From positions 3,308-67,307 of the forward strand of contig JAAZKW010000010.1 of assembly GCA_012799635.1 (NCBI GenBank): a stretch of DNA of 64,000 nucleotides, given 5' to 3'. The notes beneath the pieces are model-generated. The model was not told where the DNA came from and searched no databases. It was given only the letters and a program-made list of their open reading frames with translations. Positions 56,140-64,000 of the stretch are shown piece after piece. This DNA is from Mollicutes bacterium (GTDB lineage: Bacteria; Bacillota_I; Bacilli_A; RF39; UBA660). The stretch's first letter is position 1. Every line of letters begins with the position of its first letter. The position numbers and the translations under genes are program-made.

Positions 56140-56224
56140 TTTTAATTTTTGTTACAAACTGATATAATGTGTTTGCTAGTTCCTTTGGAGTCTGACTTTA
56201 TAATAGTCAATATTATGGAGGAAG

Positions 56225-56896
56225 ATGGAATTATTTATATACTTAGATGAAAGCGGATCTATACATTCTAATAGTAAAACTAACTATTTTGCAGTTGGGG
56301 GATTTTTAATTTCAAAAAAAGATAAAAATAAGGCTATATCAATCTATAGAAAAAATAATAAAACGATAAAAGATAATCGAGGATATCCCCTTAATATGGA
56401 ATTAAAATCATATCATTATACTGACCAAGAAAAAATCCGTATATTTAATGATATTCAACAAATAAACTCATTTGTTGGTATTAGTGTTATTTTTAATAAA
56501 CCTAAAATGAAAAAGAAAATTATTAAATCTAATGTCTTTTTTAATTATGCTGTTAAAATATTATTAGAAAATAATATTTTCCCGTTTTTAAGCAAAATAA
56601 ACTATGTTTTTAATATTATAATTGATAATCGTAATATCAAGGTTGGGGATTTAAAAGATTTAGAAAGATATTTAAATACTGAATTTATTTTATATAACTA
56701 TAAGTTTATCATTAAATATTATGATTCTTCATGTAATTTTGGTATCCAGTTAGCAGATCTTTGCGTTAACACTATATATAATTATTATAAAAACAAAAAG
56801 ATTGTGAAAGCGGTAATGCCATATCTGAAATACAATAAATTTTTTATAACAACGTTTCCTTCTTCTGAAGTGTTTGGAAAAATATATATTGACTAG
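56225..56896 (+). CDS. DUF3800-family protein
   Basis: 223 aa with a GGAGG RBS. The N-terminal YLDESGS and C-terminal IQLADL motifs are the two conserved signatures I associate with DUF3800. Confidence 0.6.
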   Translation: MELFIYLDESGSIHSNSKTNYFAVGGFLISKKDKNKAISIYRKNNKTIKDNRGYPLNMELKSYHYTDQEKIRIFNDIQQINSFVGISVIFNKPKMKKKIIKSNVFFNYAVKILLENNIFPFLSKINYVFNIIIDNRNIKVGDLKDLERYLNTEFILYNYKFIIKYYDSSCNFGIQLADLCVNTIYNYYKNKKIVKAVMPYLKYNKFFITTFPSSEVFGKIYID

Positions 56897-56929
56897 TTTT
56901 TTTACACATGATAAAATCATTTTACAAGA

Positions 56930-56992
56930 CCTAAGGCAAGTAGCTAAATGCTAAGAGTATGTTAAGTACTCTACCCCTTAGGCATTTTGTTT
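56930..56992 (+). other. Branched stem-loop element followed by a U-rich tract (possible terminator of the DUF3800 gene or a small structured RNA)
   Basis: The outer stem is CCTAAGG (56930-56936) / CCTTAGG (56976-56982). The inner hairpins are TAGC/GCTA (56941-56953) and AGAGTA/TACTCT (56954-56972). CATTTTGTTT follows. Confidence 0.35.
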
Positions 56993-56999
56993 ATAAGAC

Positions 57000-57028
57000 T
57001 TGTAATTTATTCAATTTAGTTGTATAAT
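57000..57028 (+). promoter_or_regulatory. Putative sigma-A promoter of tRNA-Pro
   Basis: TTGTAA, then 17 nt, then TATAAT, ending 12 nt before the tRNA 5' end. Confidence 0.55.
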
Positions 57029-57040
57029 TTATCTTGTCAG

Positions 57041-57117
57041 CGAGAAGTAGCACAGCTTGGTAGTGCACCACGCTTGGGACGTGGGGGTCGCAGGTTCAAA
57101 TCCTGTCTTCTCGACCA
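57041..57117 (+). tRNA. tRNA-Pro (anticodon TGG)
   Basis: CGAGAAGTAGCACAGCTTGGTAGTGCACCACGCTTGGGACGTGGGGGTCGCAGGTTCAAATCCTGTCTTCTCGACCA. It forms a cloverleaf with anticodon loop CUUGGGA and an encoded CCA. Confidence 0.9.
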
Positions 57118-57126
57118 TTAAAATAC

Positions 57127-57153
57127 AAACTCTCTTTATGAGAGTTTTTTATT
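57127..57153 (+). terminator. Rho-independent terminator after tRNA-Pro
   Basis: AAACTCTCtttatGAGAGTTT is followed by TTTTATTT. Confidence 0.75.
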
Positions 57154-57156
57154 TGA

Positions 57157-58194
57157 CTATAATATCGTTTTTTCACAACTATAACCCTTCGAAATATAGT
57201 GTTGTTCAACCTCATCTACCTCTGTTGGAAATAAGCCATTATATTCATTATCAAGTTCTTCTTTACTTATCAATTTATTGTATTTTATTACAAACTCTGA
57301 TTCTGAATAAACTATATAATAATCTAAATCTCCATCATATGCTAATTTTCCATTCTTAGAATTTAATAAATTATTATAAAAACTTTTTTCATCATATGTA
57401 ACATCTTTTTGATTTATACATGCACCAAAAGTGTTATTATCTTCATCAATAGCATATATATAACTATCTATATCTTTACTACATTTTAAATAGTAATTAG
57501 GAGATTTCTCAGTTACATATAATAATGATGTAATTTTATCATTAATACCCTCACCAAAAATATTTATTTCAACGGGATAAATTGAATTAGGAATAGCTAA
57601 ATTATCCTTTAATATTTTAGCATCAATAAAGGTATATGTATATGGAGAAAAACTTTTTACAAAACGTTCTGGCATTACATTATCGTTTTGATTAACAATT
57701 GTTAGCTCGGTTGTAATATTTTTATTTTCATATTCTTCAACAGATAACATTCCTTCATATTTCATATTATTACACTCTAAACCATATGAATATTGGCCTA
57801 CTTTAGAACCATCAATATTTTGAGCATCAATTTGACAGTTTTTAAAACTTTCCTTTAAATATTCATTAATATTTGTCCCTACAACAACTCTTCTTTCATT
57901 AAGTTTAATTGTTTTATTAATAGGGTTTATACCACCCTTTTTACTGTTAGCAAGACTTAAATAATAATAAACCCCAAACCCAACTCCAGCCATTAATAAA
58001 ATAATTATTATTGTAAAAACTATCTTTTTTAAAAGATCATGAGGTTTTTTATCTGGATTCGGAGTACTTCCTTTCATTTTTCTATCTTGTTTTATATCAA
58101 TTTGTGGCGTTAAATCATCTAAAGATTCTATTGTAACAAGAGTAGTTGGATCTATACCAACATTTTCATTATTGCCGCTAAACATATCATTCAC
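57157..58194 (-). CDS. Hypothetical membrane-anchored (N-in, single TM) extracytoplasmic protein
   Basis: 345 aa with a TM segment IVFTIIIILLMAGVGFGVYYYL near aa 60-82. No catalytic motif was recognised. Confidence 0.6.
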   Translation of the reverse strand: MNDMFSGNNENVGIDPTTLVTIESLDDLTPQIDIKQDRKMKGSTPNPDKKPHDLLKKIVFTIIIILLMAGVGFGVYYYLSLANSKKGGINPINKTIKLNERRVVVGTNINEYLKESFKNCQIDAQNIDGSKVGQYSYGLECNNMKYEGMLSVEEYENKNITTELTIVNQNDNVMPERFVKSFSPYTYTFIDAKILKDNLAIPNSIYPVEINIFGEGINDKITSLLYVTEKSPNYYLKCSKDIDSYIYAIDEDNNTFGACINQKDVTYDEKSFYNNLLNSKNGKLAYDGDLDYYIVYSESEFVIKYNKLISKEELDNEYNGLFPTEVDEVEQHYISKGYSCEKTIL

Positions 58195-58248
58195 ATTAAT
58201 CAGCCCCTTATCATAATAATTATATCATTTACAATAATAACTTCAACA

Positions 58249-59364
58249 TTAATTTTTATATACACTATCTAGTCCAAAATATTCTTCTAAAGAAATATAA
58301 TCACCATTTCCCTTATACAATTTTAAAGCTATCTCTTTTCCAACATATCTAATATGCCAAGACTCATACTTGTACCCCGTATAATCTGTTGCATTTTCGG
58401 GATATCTTATAATAAAACCACATTTATAGGCATTATTTTTTATCCAAATCGCCTCTTTAGTATTAGTAAAAGAATTATTAACCGGAGAAATATCAATTGC
58501 AAGTCCAGTTTGATGTTCTGAAAATCCTGGTCTTGCAGAAAATGTATCTGCCTTTTCTTGCCCATCCCTTTTAATATAGTTAGTATATAATATATTTTGA
58601 AAACCATAAGAGCGATAACACGTTCCTACTTTAATATTCATCCCTTCTTTATTAAGGTCCTTAACCATGTCATCATAAGCATTTTTAACATAGTCTATTA
58701 CGGGACAATTATCAATTTTAACTAAATTGCTAGGAACATAATCTTTTGGAAGCGAATAACTTTTATTAACAATAATTAAATTATTAACTTTTGTTATTCC
58801 ATTTTCAGTAATAATTGTATAACCATTTTTACTTTTAGTAATCTTTGCATCTTTACTTATTATTCTCAAAGTTATTTCTTTTTGAGTTTTATTCATTCCT
58901 TTATCAGCTGCAACAATAATAATTTTATATTCGCCAAGCTTATTTAAATCATAATCTCCTTCAACAGAAATGTTTACATCATCTTTACTGTCTTCAGTTA
59001 TCTTTACAAGAGATTTTATATCACACTTTTCTTTAACCTTACATATAATTTCTTGTTCATCGATAACCGGAGGTTTTATATCTTTAACTGTCAGTGATAT
59101 CTTATAATTAATATTCTTACACTTTACTGTAATATTATTCTTCTTATGAAAATAATTTATATTATTATCAAAATTAATTTCTTCACATTTATTCAAATAT
59201 CTTTTTTTAATAAAGTCTTTTTTACGCGGTAATTTATCACCAATATTTATAGTAATATTATCAGTTATGAAAATACTTTGCTTTTTAAAACCAATATAAT
59301 AAAGACATATTATTGCTATTATAATAACTACTATTAAATAAATAAATTTATTAATATTTTTCAT
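58249..59364 (-). CDS. VanY-like D-alanyl-D-alanine carboxypeptidase (peptidase M15B) with an N-terminal TM segment and an Ig-like spacer
   Basis: 371 aa with the motifs SARPGFSEHQTGLAIDI and ESWHIRYVG, characteristic of the VanY/M15B zinc peptidases. Confidence 0.8.
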   Translation of the reverse strand: MKNINKFIYLIVVIIIAIICLYYIGFKKQSIFITDNITINIGDKLPRKKDFIKKRYLNKCEEINFDNNINYFHKKNNITVKCKNINYKISLTVKDIKPPVIDEQEIICKVKEKCDIKSLVKITEDSKDDVNISVEGDYDLNKLGEYKIIIVAADKGMNKTQKEITLRIISKDAKITKSKNGYTIITENGITKVNNLIIVNKSYSLPKDYVPSNLVKIDNCPVIDYVKNAYDDMVKDLNKEGMNIKVGTCYRSYGFQNILYTNYIKRDGQEKADTFSARPGFSEHQTGLAIDISPVNNSFTNTKEAIWIKNNAYKCGFIIRYPENATDYTGYKYESWHIRYVGKEIALKLYKGNGDYISLEEYFGLDSVYKN

Positions 59365-59373
59365 AATACCACC

Positions 59374-60684
59374 TTAACAAAGTAATTTAAACTCATTACC
59401 TCGATCTTCAAATTTATCATATTGATCCCAACTTGCTGATGCGGGAGAAAGAAGGACTATTTCTTTTTCTTTAACACTCTTCTTAACCTCTTCCATCGCT
59501 TTTTGCAACGTTTTACACTCTTTACACTCTATTTTCATTTGGTTTGCATAATCGGTGATTCTTGTTGACACCTCTCCAATTGCATATATGACTTTAACAT
59601 TTTTTATATAATTATCAAGTTCATGAAAATCTTGCTTTCTTTCCATCCCTCCCAAAATAAGATGGATAGGATCTTTAAATGATTTTAATGCTACTATTGT
59701 TGATGTTGGATTAGTAGCTTTTGAGTCATTATAATACTTAACACCGTTTTCTTCTTTAACAAATTCAATACGATGTTCTACCCCATTAAAATTATTTAAA
59801 ACGTCATAAATAATTTTTTTATTAATACCAAAATAATTTATAACTAATAATGCTGCCATGATATTTTCATAATTATGTAATCCTTTGATTTTTATATCAT
59901 TTATATTAATTATTTCTCTTCCATTAATAATGATTGTTCCATCTTTGGCAACATAAGATTGCTTACTATTAAAAAAGAGTTTTTTAGACAAAATATTTTT
60001 ATAAGTTTTTCTACTATCTTCATTAGTATAATTCAATATTGCCAAATCATCTTTAGTATGATGATTAAATATTTTAGACTTAATTTTAATATAATTTTCA
60101 TAAGTACCATGAAAATCCAAGTGAGTAGGATAAATATTAGTAATAACACTAATATTTGTTTTAAAGTCCTTAAAATTTGCTAGTTGGTGATCAGATATTT
60201 CTAATAATAAAACACTATTTTCATTTACCATAGGAACAATCTCGCTTAAAGGATATCCTATATTACCCCCAAGAACAACATTTATCTTCATCATTTTTAA
60301 TATTTCATAAACAATTGTTGTTGTTGTTGTTTTGCCGTTTGAACCAGTTATACCAATAATAAATACCTCTTTTGGCAAATAATGGTATGCAACTTCCATT
60401 TCATTTAGCACTGGTTTTGCTAGTTTATTTGCTTTTAAAACAGTTTCATGATAAGGCATTATTCCTGGGTTTTTAATAAGAACATCAAAAGTATTATCAA
60501 AATAATCATTCGGTTTATCTGTTTGAATAAACTTTACACCAAGACTTTCTAATTCCTTAATTTTATCTTTATCTTGAGCAGCTTGGTCCACAACCAAAAT
60601 ATCGTTTTTATTAGCTAAAAGTTTTGCTACACTATAACCACTTCTTGCCATTCCTAAAACAAATATTTTTTTATTCTCGTACAT
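59374..60684 (-). CDS. murD: UDP-N-acetylmuramoylalanine--D-glutamate ligase
   Basis: 436 aa with the N-terminus VLGMARSG and the ATP-binding motif GITGSNGKTTTT. Confidence 0.9.
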   Translation of the reverse strand: MYENKKIFVLGMARSGYSVAKLLANKNDILVVDQAAQDKDKIKELESLGVKFIQTDKPNDYFDNTFDVLIKNPGIMPYHETVLKANKLAKPVLNEMEVAYHYLPKEVFIIGITGSNGKTTTTTIVYEILKMMKINVVLGGNIGYPLSEIVPMVNENSVLLLEISDHQLANFKDFKTNISVITNIYPTHLDFHGTYENYIKIKSKIFNHHTKDDLAILNYTNEDSRKTYKNILSKKLFFNSKQSYVAKDGTIIINGREIININDIKIKGLHNYENIMAALLVINYFGINKKIIYDVLNNFNGVEHRIEFVKEENGVKYYNDSKATNPTSTIVALKSFKDPIHLILGGMERKQDFHELDNYIKNVKVIYAIGEVSTRITDYANQMKIECKECKTLQKAMEEVKKSVKEKEIVLLSPASASWDQYDKFEDRGNEFKLLC

Positions 60685-60691
60685 AAAACAC

Positions 60692-62431
60692 CTACTTTAT
60701 TTCTGCTCTAATTCTTCTTATACCAGCTGCAGATGCCTCTTCTTTAGTTATTTTAAAACTACCAATTTCTTTTGTGCTTTTAACATGTGGACCTCGGCAA
60801 ATTTCTTTTGATATATTACTAATACTATATACTGTAACAATATCGGGATAACGATCAGCAAACTCACATTCAGCACCACTTTTTAAAGCTTCTTCCTTAG
60901 GAAGTTGTTCAAAGTTAATTGGTAAATCTTCCTTAATCCATTTATTAACTACGTTTTCAATTTCAGTTTTTTCTTCATCAGTTAACTTGCGATCAAACGA
61001 AAAATCAAAACGAAGTCTTTCTGAAGTAATATTTGATCCTCTTTGATGAACATCATTACCAAGCACTTTTTTTAATGCTGCATTTAATAAATGTGTTGTG
61101 GTATGATATTTAGTTTCCATTTCGCCACTACCACCAAGACCACCTTTAAATTGGCCTGCAGACGTTGTTCTAGATAATTCTTGATGAGCTTTAAAACATT
61201 CCTTAAACCCATCAGTATCAACTTTTAAATTTCTTTCTTTTGCAAGTTCAGAAGTAAATTCTATAGGAAAGCCAAAGGTATCATACAAACGAAAAGTAGT
61301 TTTTCCATCAATATCTTTATTAGCTACTTTTTCAAATTCTTTTAAGCCTTTTTCTAAAGTTTTTACAAATTTATTTTTTTCTTGTTTTAATACTTCCAAA
61401 ACAACTAATTTATTATCTTTAACTTCTGAATAATACTTTTCATATTTACTTATAATAATTAAAGCAATCTCTTTTTCAAAATCACTATTTAAATCAATAC
61501 CTAACTCTTTTGCAAAACGAATTGCTCTTCGAATAAGTCTTCTTAAGATATATCCCTGACCTACATTTGATGGTTTAATACCCGCATAATCAGCAGCAAT
61601 AAAAACAGCAGTTCTAATATGATCAGCAATTATACGCATATATCTTTCATTACCTTTATATTTTTTATTAGATATCTCTTCAATCTTATTAATAACATCT
61701 ATAAAAATCGAAGAGGTATAATTATCATCTGTTCCTTCTAGGATGGCAGTTACTCTTTCAAAACCCATCCCTGTATCTACATTTTTATTACTAAGTTCCT
61801 TAATAGTGCCATCTTCTAGATGATCGTATTGCATAAAAACATCGTTCCATATTTCTACCCAACGTGAATCTTTTGGATCAAATTTCTTTGGAACAGGATC
61901 ATTACTTCTCCAATAAAACATTTCTGTATCAGGGCCACATAAGCCAGGAAGCTCTAAATTAGGCCACCAATTATCTTCTACCAAAGCTACAATTCTTTCA
62001 TCTGGAATACCTAAACTTCTCCATATCTTATAAGACTCCACATCTTTGGGAGCAATTTCATTACCAGCAAAATATGTAATCGCTAGTTTTAAAGCAGGTA
62101 TATTAAGAACTTCTGTTAAAAATTCATAACTCCATATTATAGCCTCTTTCTTAAAATAATCACCAAGTGACCAACTTCCAAGCATTTCAAAAAAAGTATG
62201 ATGGTAAGAATCTCCAACTTCTTCAAGATCGGTAGTTCTAATACATTTTTGATAATTACATAATCTTTTACCAAGCGGATGTTCCTTTCCCTTTAAATAT
62301 GGAACAAGAGGCTGCATTCCTGCAGTATTAAAAAGGACTGTATTATCATTTTCCGGTACAACTGGACCACTTGGAATATGAACATGTCCTTTACTTTCAA
62401 AAAAATCTATAAACAAGTCCTTCAGGTTCAT
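60692..62431 (-). CDS. alaS: Alanine--tRNA ligase, compact form (catalytic plus editing domains, no C-Ala domain)
   Basis: 579 aa. Contains FFESKGH, LFNTAGMQP and HHTFFEMLGSWSLGDYFK (class II AlaRS core), the editing-site motifs HTTTHLLNAAL and ICRGPHV, and ends at AGIRRIRAEIK. It lies downstream of an Ala (GCU) T-box. Confidence 0.85.
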   Translation of the reverse strand: MNLKDLFIDFFESKGHVHIPSGPVVPENDNTVLFNTAGMQPLVPYLKGKEHPLGKRLCNYQKCIRTTDLEEVGDSYHHTFFEMLGSWSLGDYFKKEAIIWSYEFLTEVLNIPALKLAITYFAGNEIAPKDVESYKIWRSLGIPDERIVALVEDNWWPNLELPGLCGPDTEMFYWRSNDPVPKKFDPKDSRWVEIWNDVFMQYDHLEDGTIKELSNKNVDTGMGFERVTAILEGTDDNYTSSIFIDVINKIEEISNKKYKGNERYMRIIADHIRTAVFIAADYAGIKPSNVGQGYILRRLIRRAIRFAKELGIDLNSDFEKEIALIIISKYEKYYSEVKDNKLVVLEVLKQEKNKFVKTLEKGLKEFEKVANKDIDGKTTFRLYDTFGFPIEFTSELAKERNLKVDTDGFKECFKAHQELSRTTSAGQFKGGLGGSGEMETKYHTTTHLLNAALKKVLGNDVHQRGSNITSERLRFDFSFDRKLTDEEKTEIENVVNKWIKEDLPINFEQLPKEEALKSGAECEFADRYPDIVTVYSISNISKEICRGPHVKSTKEIGSFKITKEEASAAGIRRIRAEIK

Positions 62432-62952
62432 TCAATCTCCTCCAATATTTTAAATACTTTATCTTTCAAATTATCCATAACATCATTTGCTATTGTATAA
62501 TCAAAATCCATATAATCTTCAAGTGCATTTTCAGTAATATGAGATTGTTGTTCTATAGTAAGCTTACTTTGAGCAAACTGATTAACAACATATATTGCAT
62601 ATACATCATCAAAACTCTCTCTTATCTTATCTATTTCTCCCGGCATGCGAACATCACTAATAATAAGGTTTTTAACATAATTTCTATAAACAGCTATATC
62701 CTTTATCATATTTGATGTAAAATAATTAGGGTTTTCTTTTCTAATTACATCGCCAATTTTTTGCATAAAATCTCTCGGTTTATTGGCAGATGTTCCATCC
62801 CAATCAGTTAATTCTAATGCAAAATTTTTGATATATTTACTATAACTTGTAATAGCAGATTCTTCCAGTTTATAAATGTAATATTCTTTTATTAATCTTG
62901 CCACTTCATTTTTACCACTGCCACTTTTTCCTGCTATTAAAAAAATTCTCAT
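62428..62952 (-). CDS. P-loop kinase resembling deoxynucleoside-monophosphate kinases (T4 gp1-like layout)
   Basis: ATG at 62952 follows AAAGGAGG (the track ORF start at 62991 lies inside the T-box terminator). Contains Walker A IAGKSGSGKN, ISDVRMPGE and HITENAL, ordered as in the dNMP kinase family. It overlaps alaS by 4 nt. Confidence 0.5.
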   Translation of the reverse strand: MRIFLIAGKSGSGKNEVARLIKEYYIYKLEESAITSYSKYIKNFALELTDWDGTSANKPRDFMQKIGDVIRKENPNYFTSNMIKDIAVYRNYVKNLIISDVRMPGEIDKIRESFDDVYAIYVVNQFAQSKLTIEQQSHITENALEDYMDFDYTIANDVMDNLKDKVFKILEEIE

Positions 62953-62973
62953 AAACTTTTCCTCCTTTATAAC

Positions 62974-63125
62974 AAAAAAAGATAATACCAAGGAGTGCTA
63001 TTGCACGGTACCATCCTTTATTTTACTTATTTAATTTTAACGATTTACACCGATTAATCTCCAAAAGTAGCATTGTATATTTTCTTGATCTTTTTCACCA
63101 CCCAAGAACTCTCTTTTTAAAAATA
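62974..63125 (-). promoter_or_regulatory. T-box riboswitch leader, alanine-specific (specifier GCU)
   Basis: On the minus strand: an AGAGA (GA/K-turn) motif near 63108-63114; the specifier-loop sequence AAUGCUAC with GCU at 63069-63071; the T-box sequence AAGGAUGGUACCGUGC at 63003-63018. The terminator helix pairs AAAGGAUGGUACC with GGUAUUAUCUUU and is followed by a U7 run at 62974-62980. Confidence 0.85.
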
Positions 63126-63224
63126 ATATACAAAATCTTTTTTCAACAATTACACTACAAATATATCATAATTAGCCCAATTTAACAATCTTTAAACTAT
63201 TATTTATAATATTTAAAAAGAGTT

Positions 63225-63479
63225 TTATTCTAACTCTTTCAAATTTACTATTGTTTGACCTAAATTCCAATTATCTTGTTTAAAAGTTATTACATTAGGA
63301 TTATTCTTAAGAACCCTATGAACTTCTTTTCTTAAAACACTTGAACTTTTCCCATGAATAATAATGGCTTCTTTGTTATTCAGTAACACTTGGTCCTTAA
63401 TAAAATCATTAACTAAAACCTCAACCATAGAAAATATTTCCCCATGCAAATCCAGTTTAGGTGTTTTACTAGTTATCAT
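63225..63479 (-). CDS. Smr-domain protein (small MutS-related)
   Basis: 84 aa with LDLHG ... IIHGKSS motifs of the Smr domain. Confidence 0.7.
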   Translation of the reverse strand: MITSKTPKLDLHGEIFSMVEVLVNDFIKDQVLLNNKEAIIIHGKSSSVLRKEVHRVLKNNPNVITFKQDNWNLGQTIVNLKELE

Positions 63480-64000
63480 TGGGATGATGGAACTTGTTCT
63501 TGGGTTGCAACATTTGTTTGAGTAGTAACAGTATCAGGATATTTTTGTTTAAAGTAAGCCATAATATCACTTAACTCTGGAACACTTGCATGAACCCCTA
63601 CCTTGGTTGTTGAAAGACCAGCAGCAATATTCGCAAATGTAATTGTTTTTTCCAAATCATAACCTTGACATAAAGCATAAGCAAATGAGGCATGGAAAAT
63701 ATCTCCCGCTCCAGTTGTATCAATTGCTTCTACTTGTATTCCTGGCATTACTTTTATTTGGCCATTTATCATATATAAAGCCCCTTTATCTTCGATTGTT
63801 ACTACTATCTCTTTACCGGGGAATTTATTAACTAATTTTGAAAACACCGTTACCATACTTTGAGCATTATTAAAATCAATTTTATCTCCTGCAACACTTT
63901 CAGCAAATGTTTTTGAAGCTAAAATATATTTACTATATTTACATAACTCAAGAGTATTTTGATCGCTTACTTCAGCATCCAAAATTGTAATTTTATCTTT
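63476..64000 (-). CDS. PfkB-family carbohydrate kinase, C-terminal part (gene continues past the right edge)
   Basis: Contains the PfkB signature DTTGAGDIFHASFAYAL. The reading frame stays open to position 64000, so the TTG start in the ORF track is probably not real. Confidence 0.7.
   Translation of the reverse strand, partial: KDKITILDAEVSDQNTLELCKYSKYILASKTFAESVAGDKIDFNNAQSMVTVFSKLVNKFPGKEIVVTIEDKGALYMINGQIKVMPGIQVEAIDTTGAGDIFHASFAYALCQGYDLEKTITFANIAAGLSTTKVGVHASVPELSDIMAYFKQKYPDTVTTQTNVATQEQVPSSQ

Noticed and set aside
57057-57359. 100-aa plus-strand ORF starting inside tRNA-Pro
   Set aside because: Its first 60 nt are the tRNA-Pro gene and terminator, and the rest is antisense to the 345-aa minus-strand gene. 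No RBS is present.
1-64000. CRISPR arrays, rRNA genes, IS elements and prophage structural genes
   Set aside because: No regularly spaced direct repeats, rRNA-like conserved stretches, transposase ORFs or phage capsid/terminase-like ORFs were seen anywhere in the window.

Overview
The window is a very AT-rich chromosomal segment of Bacillota type. It encodes a peptidoglycan wall (murB, murD, murG), EzrA, DivIB and PrsA, and long housekeeping ORFs are intact under genetic code 11. Most genes sit on the minus strand in tightly coupled operons. Recognisable content, in order: (1) an NAD salvage/synthesis supra-operon (pncA-pncB-nudix-nadE-nadD-pncC-nadK) with an NrtR-like Nudix regulator gene running off the left edge; (2) a MacB-type fused ABC transporter; (3) a lipid module (acyltransferase plus diacylglycerol glycosyltransferase); (4) mnmA, dut, queH, divIB-murB-murG, hemW, lepA, rpsT and rpsP with a KH-domain gene; (5) a lone HerA-like ATPase, HIT, CapA, prsA, recX-nrnA-ackA, thiI with a cysteine desulfurase, and ezrA; (6) a class III ribonucleotide reductase operon with unusual additions; (7) a degenerate hybrid sensor kinase and an acyl-CoA synthetase; (8) a small tRNA-bracketed accessory islet (GNAT plus DUF3800); (9) a VanY-like peptidase, murD, and a compact alaS behind an Ala-specific T-box; (10) three tRNAs (Arg-CCT, Arg-ACG, Pro-UGG). 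The strongest candidate for something new is a 7.1 kb insertion beside tRNA-Arg(CCT). It is bracketed by 67/68-nt direct repeats that include the tRNA 3' end, and it has no recombinase. It carries a five-gene, translationally coupled operon made only of phosphate-handling enzymes: an NT5C-like HAD nucleotidase, a 773-aa HAD-linker-PRTase protein, a DHH/DHHA1 phosphoesterase, an APH-like kinase and a PfkB kinase fused to a double SIS domain. Two of the five genes carry lesions. Several other ORFs in the window are interrupted or lack canonical starts. I cannot tell real gene decay from homopolymer assembly error using this sequence alone. All functional calls rest on motifs read from the translations; no database search was possible.
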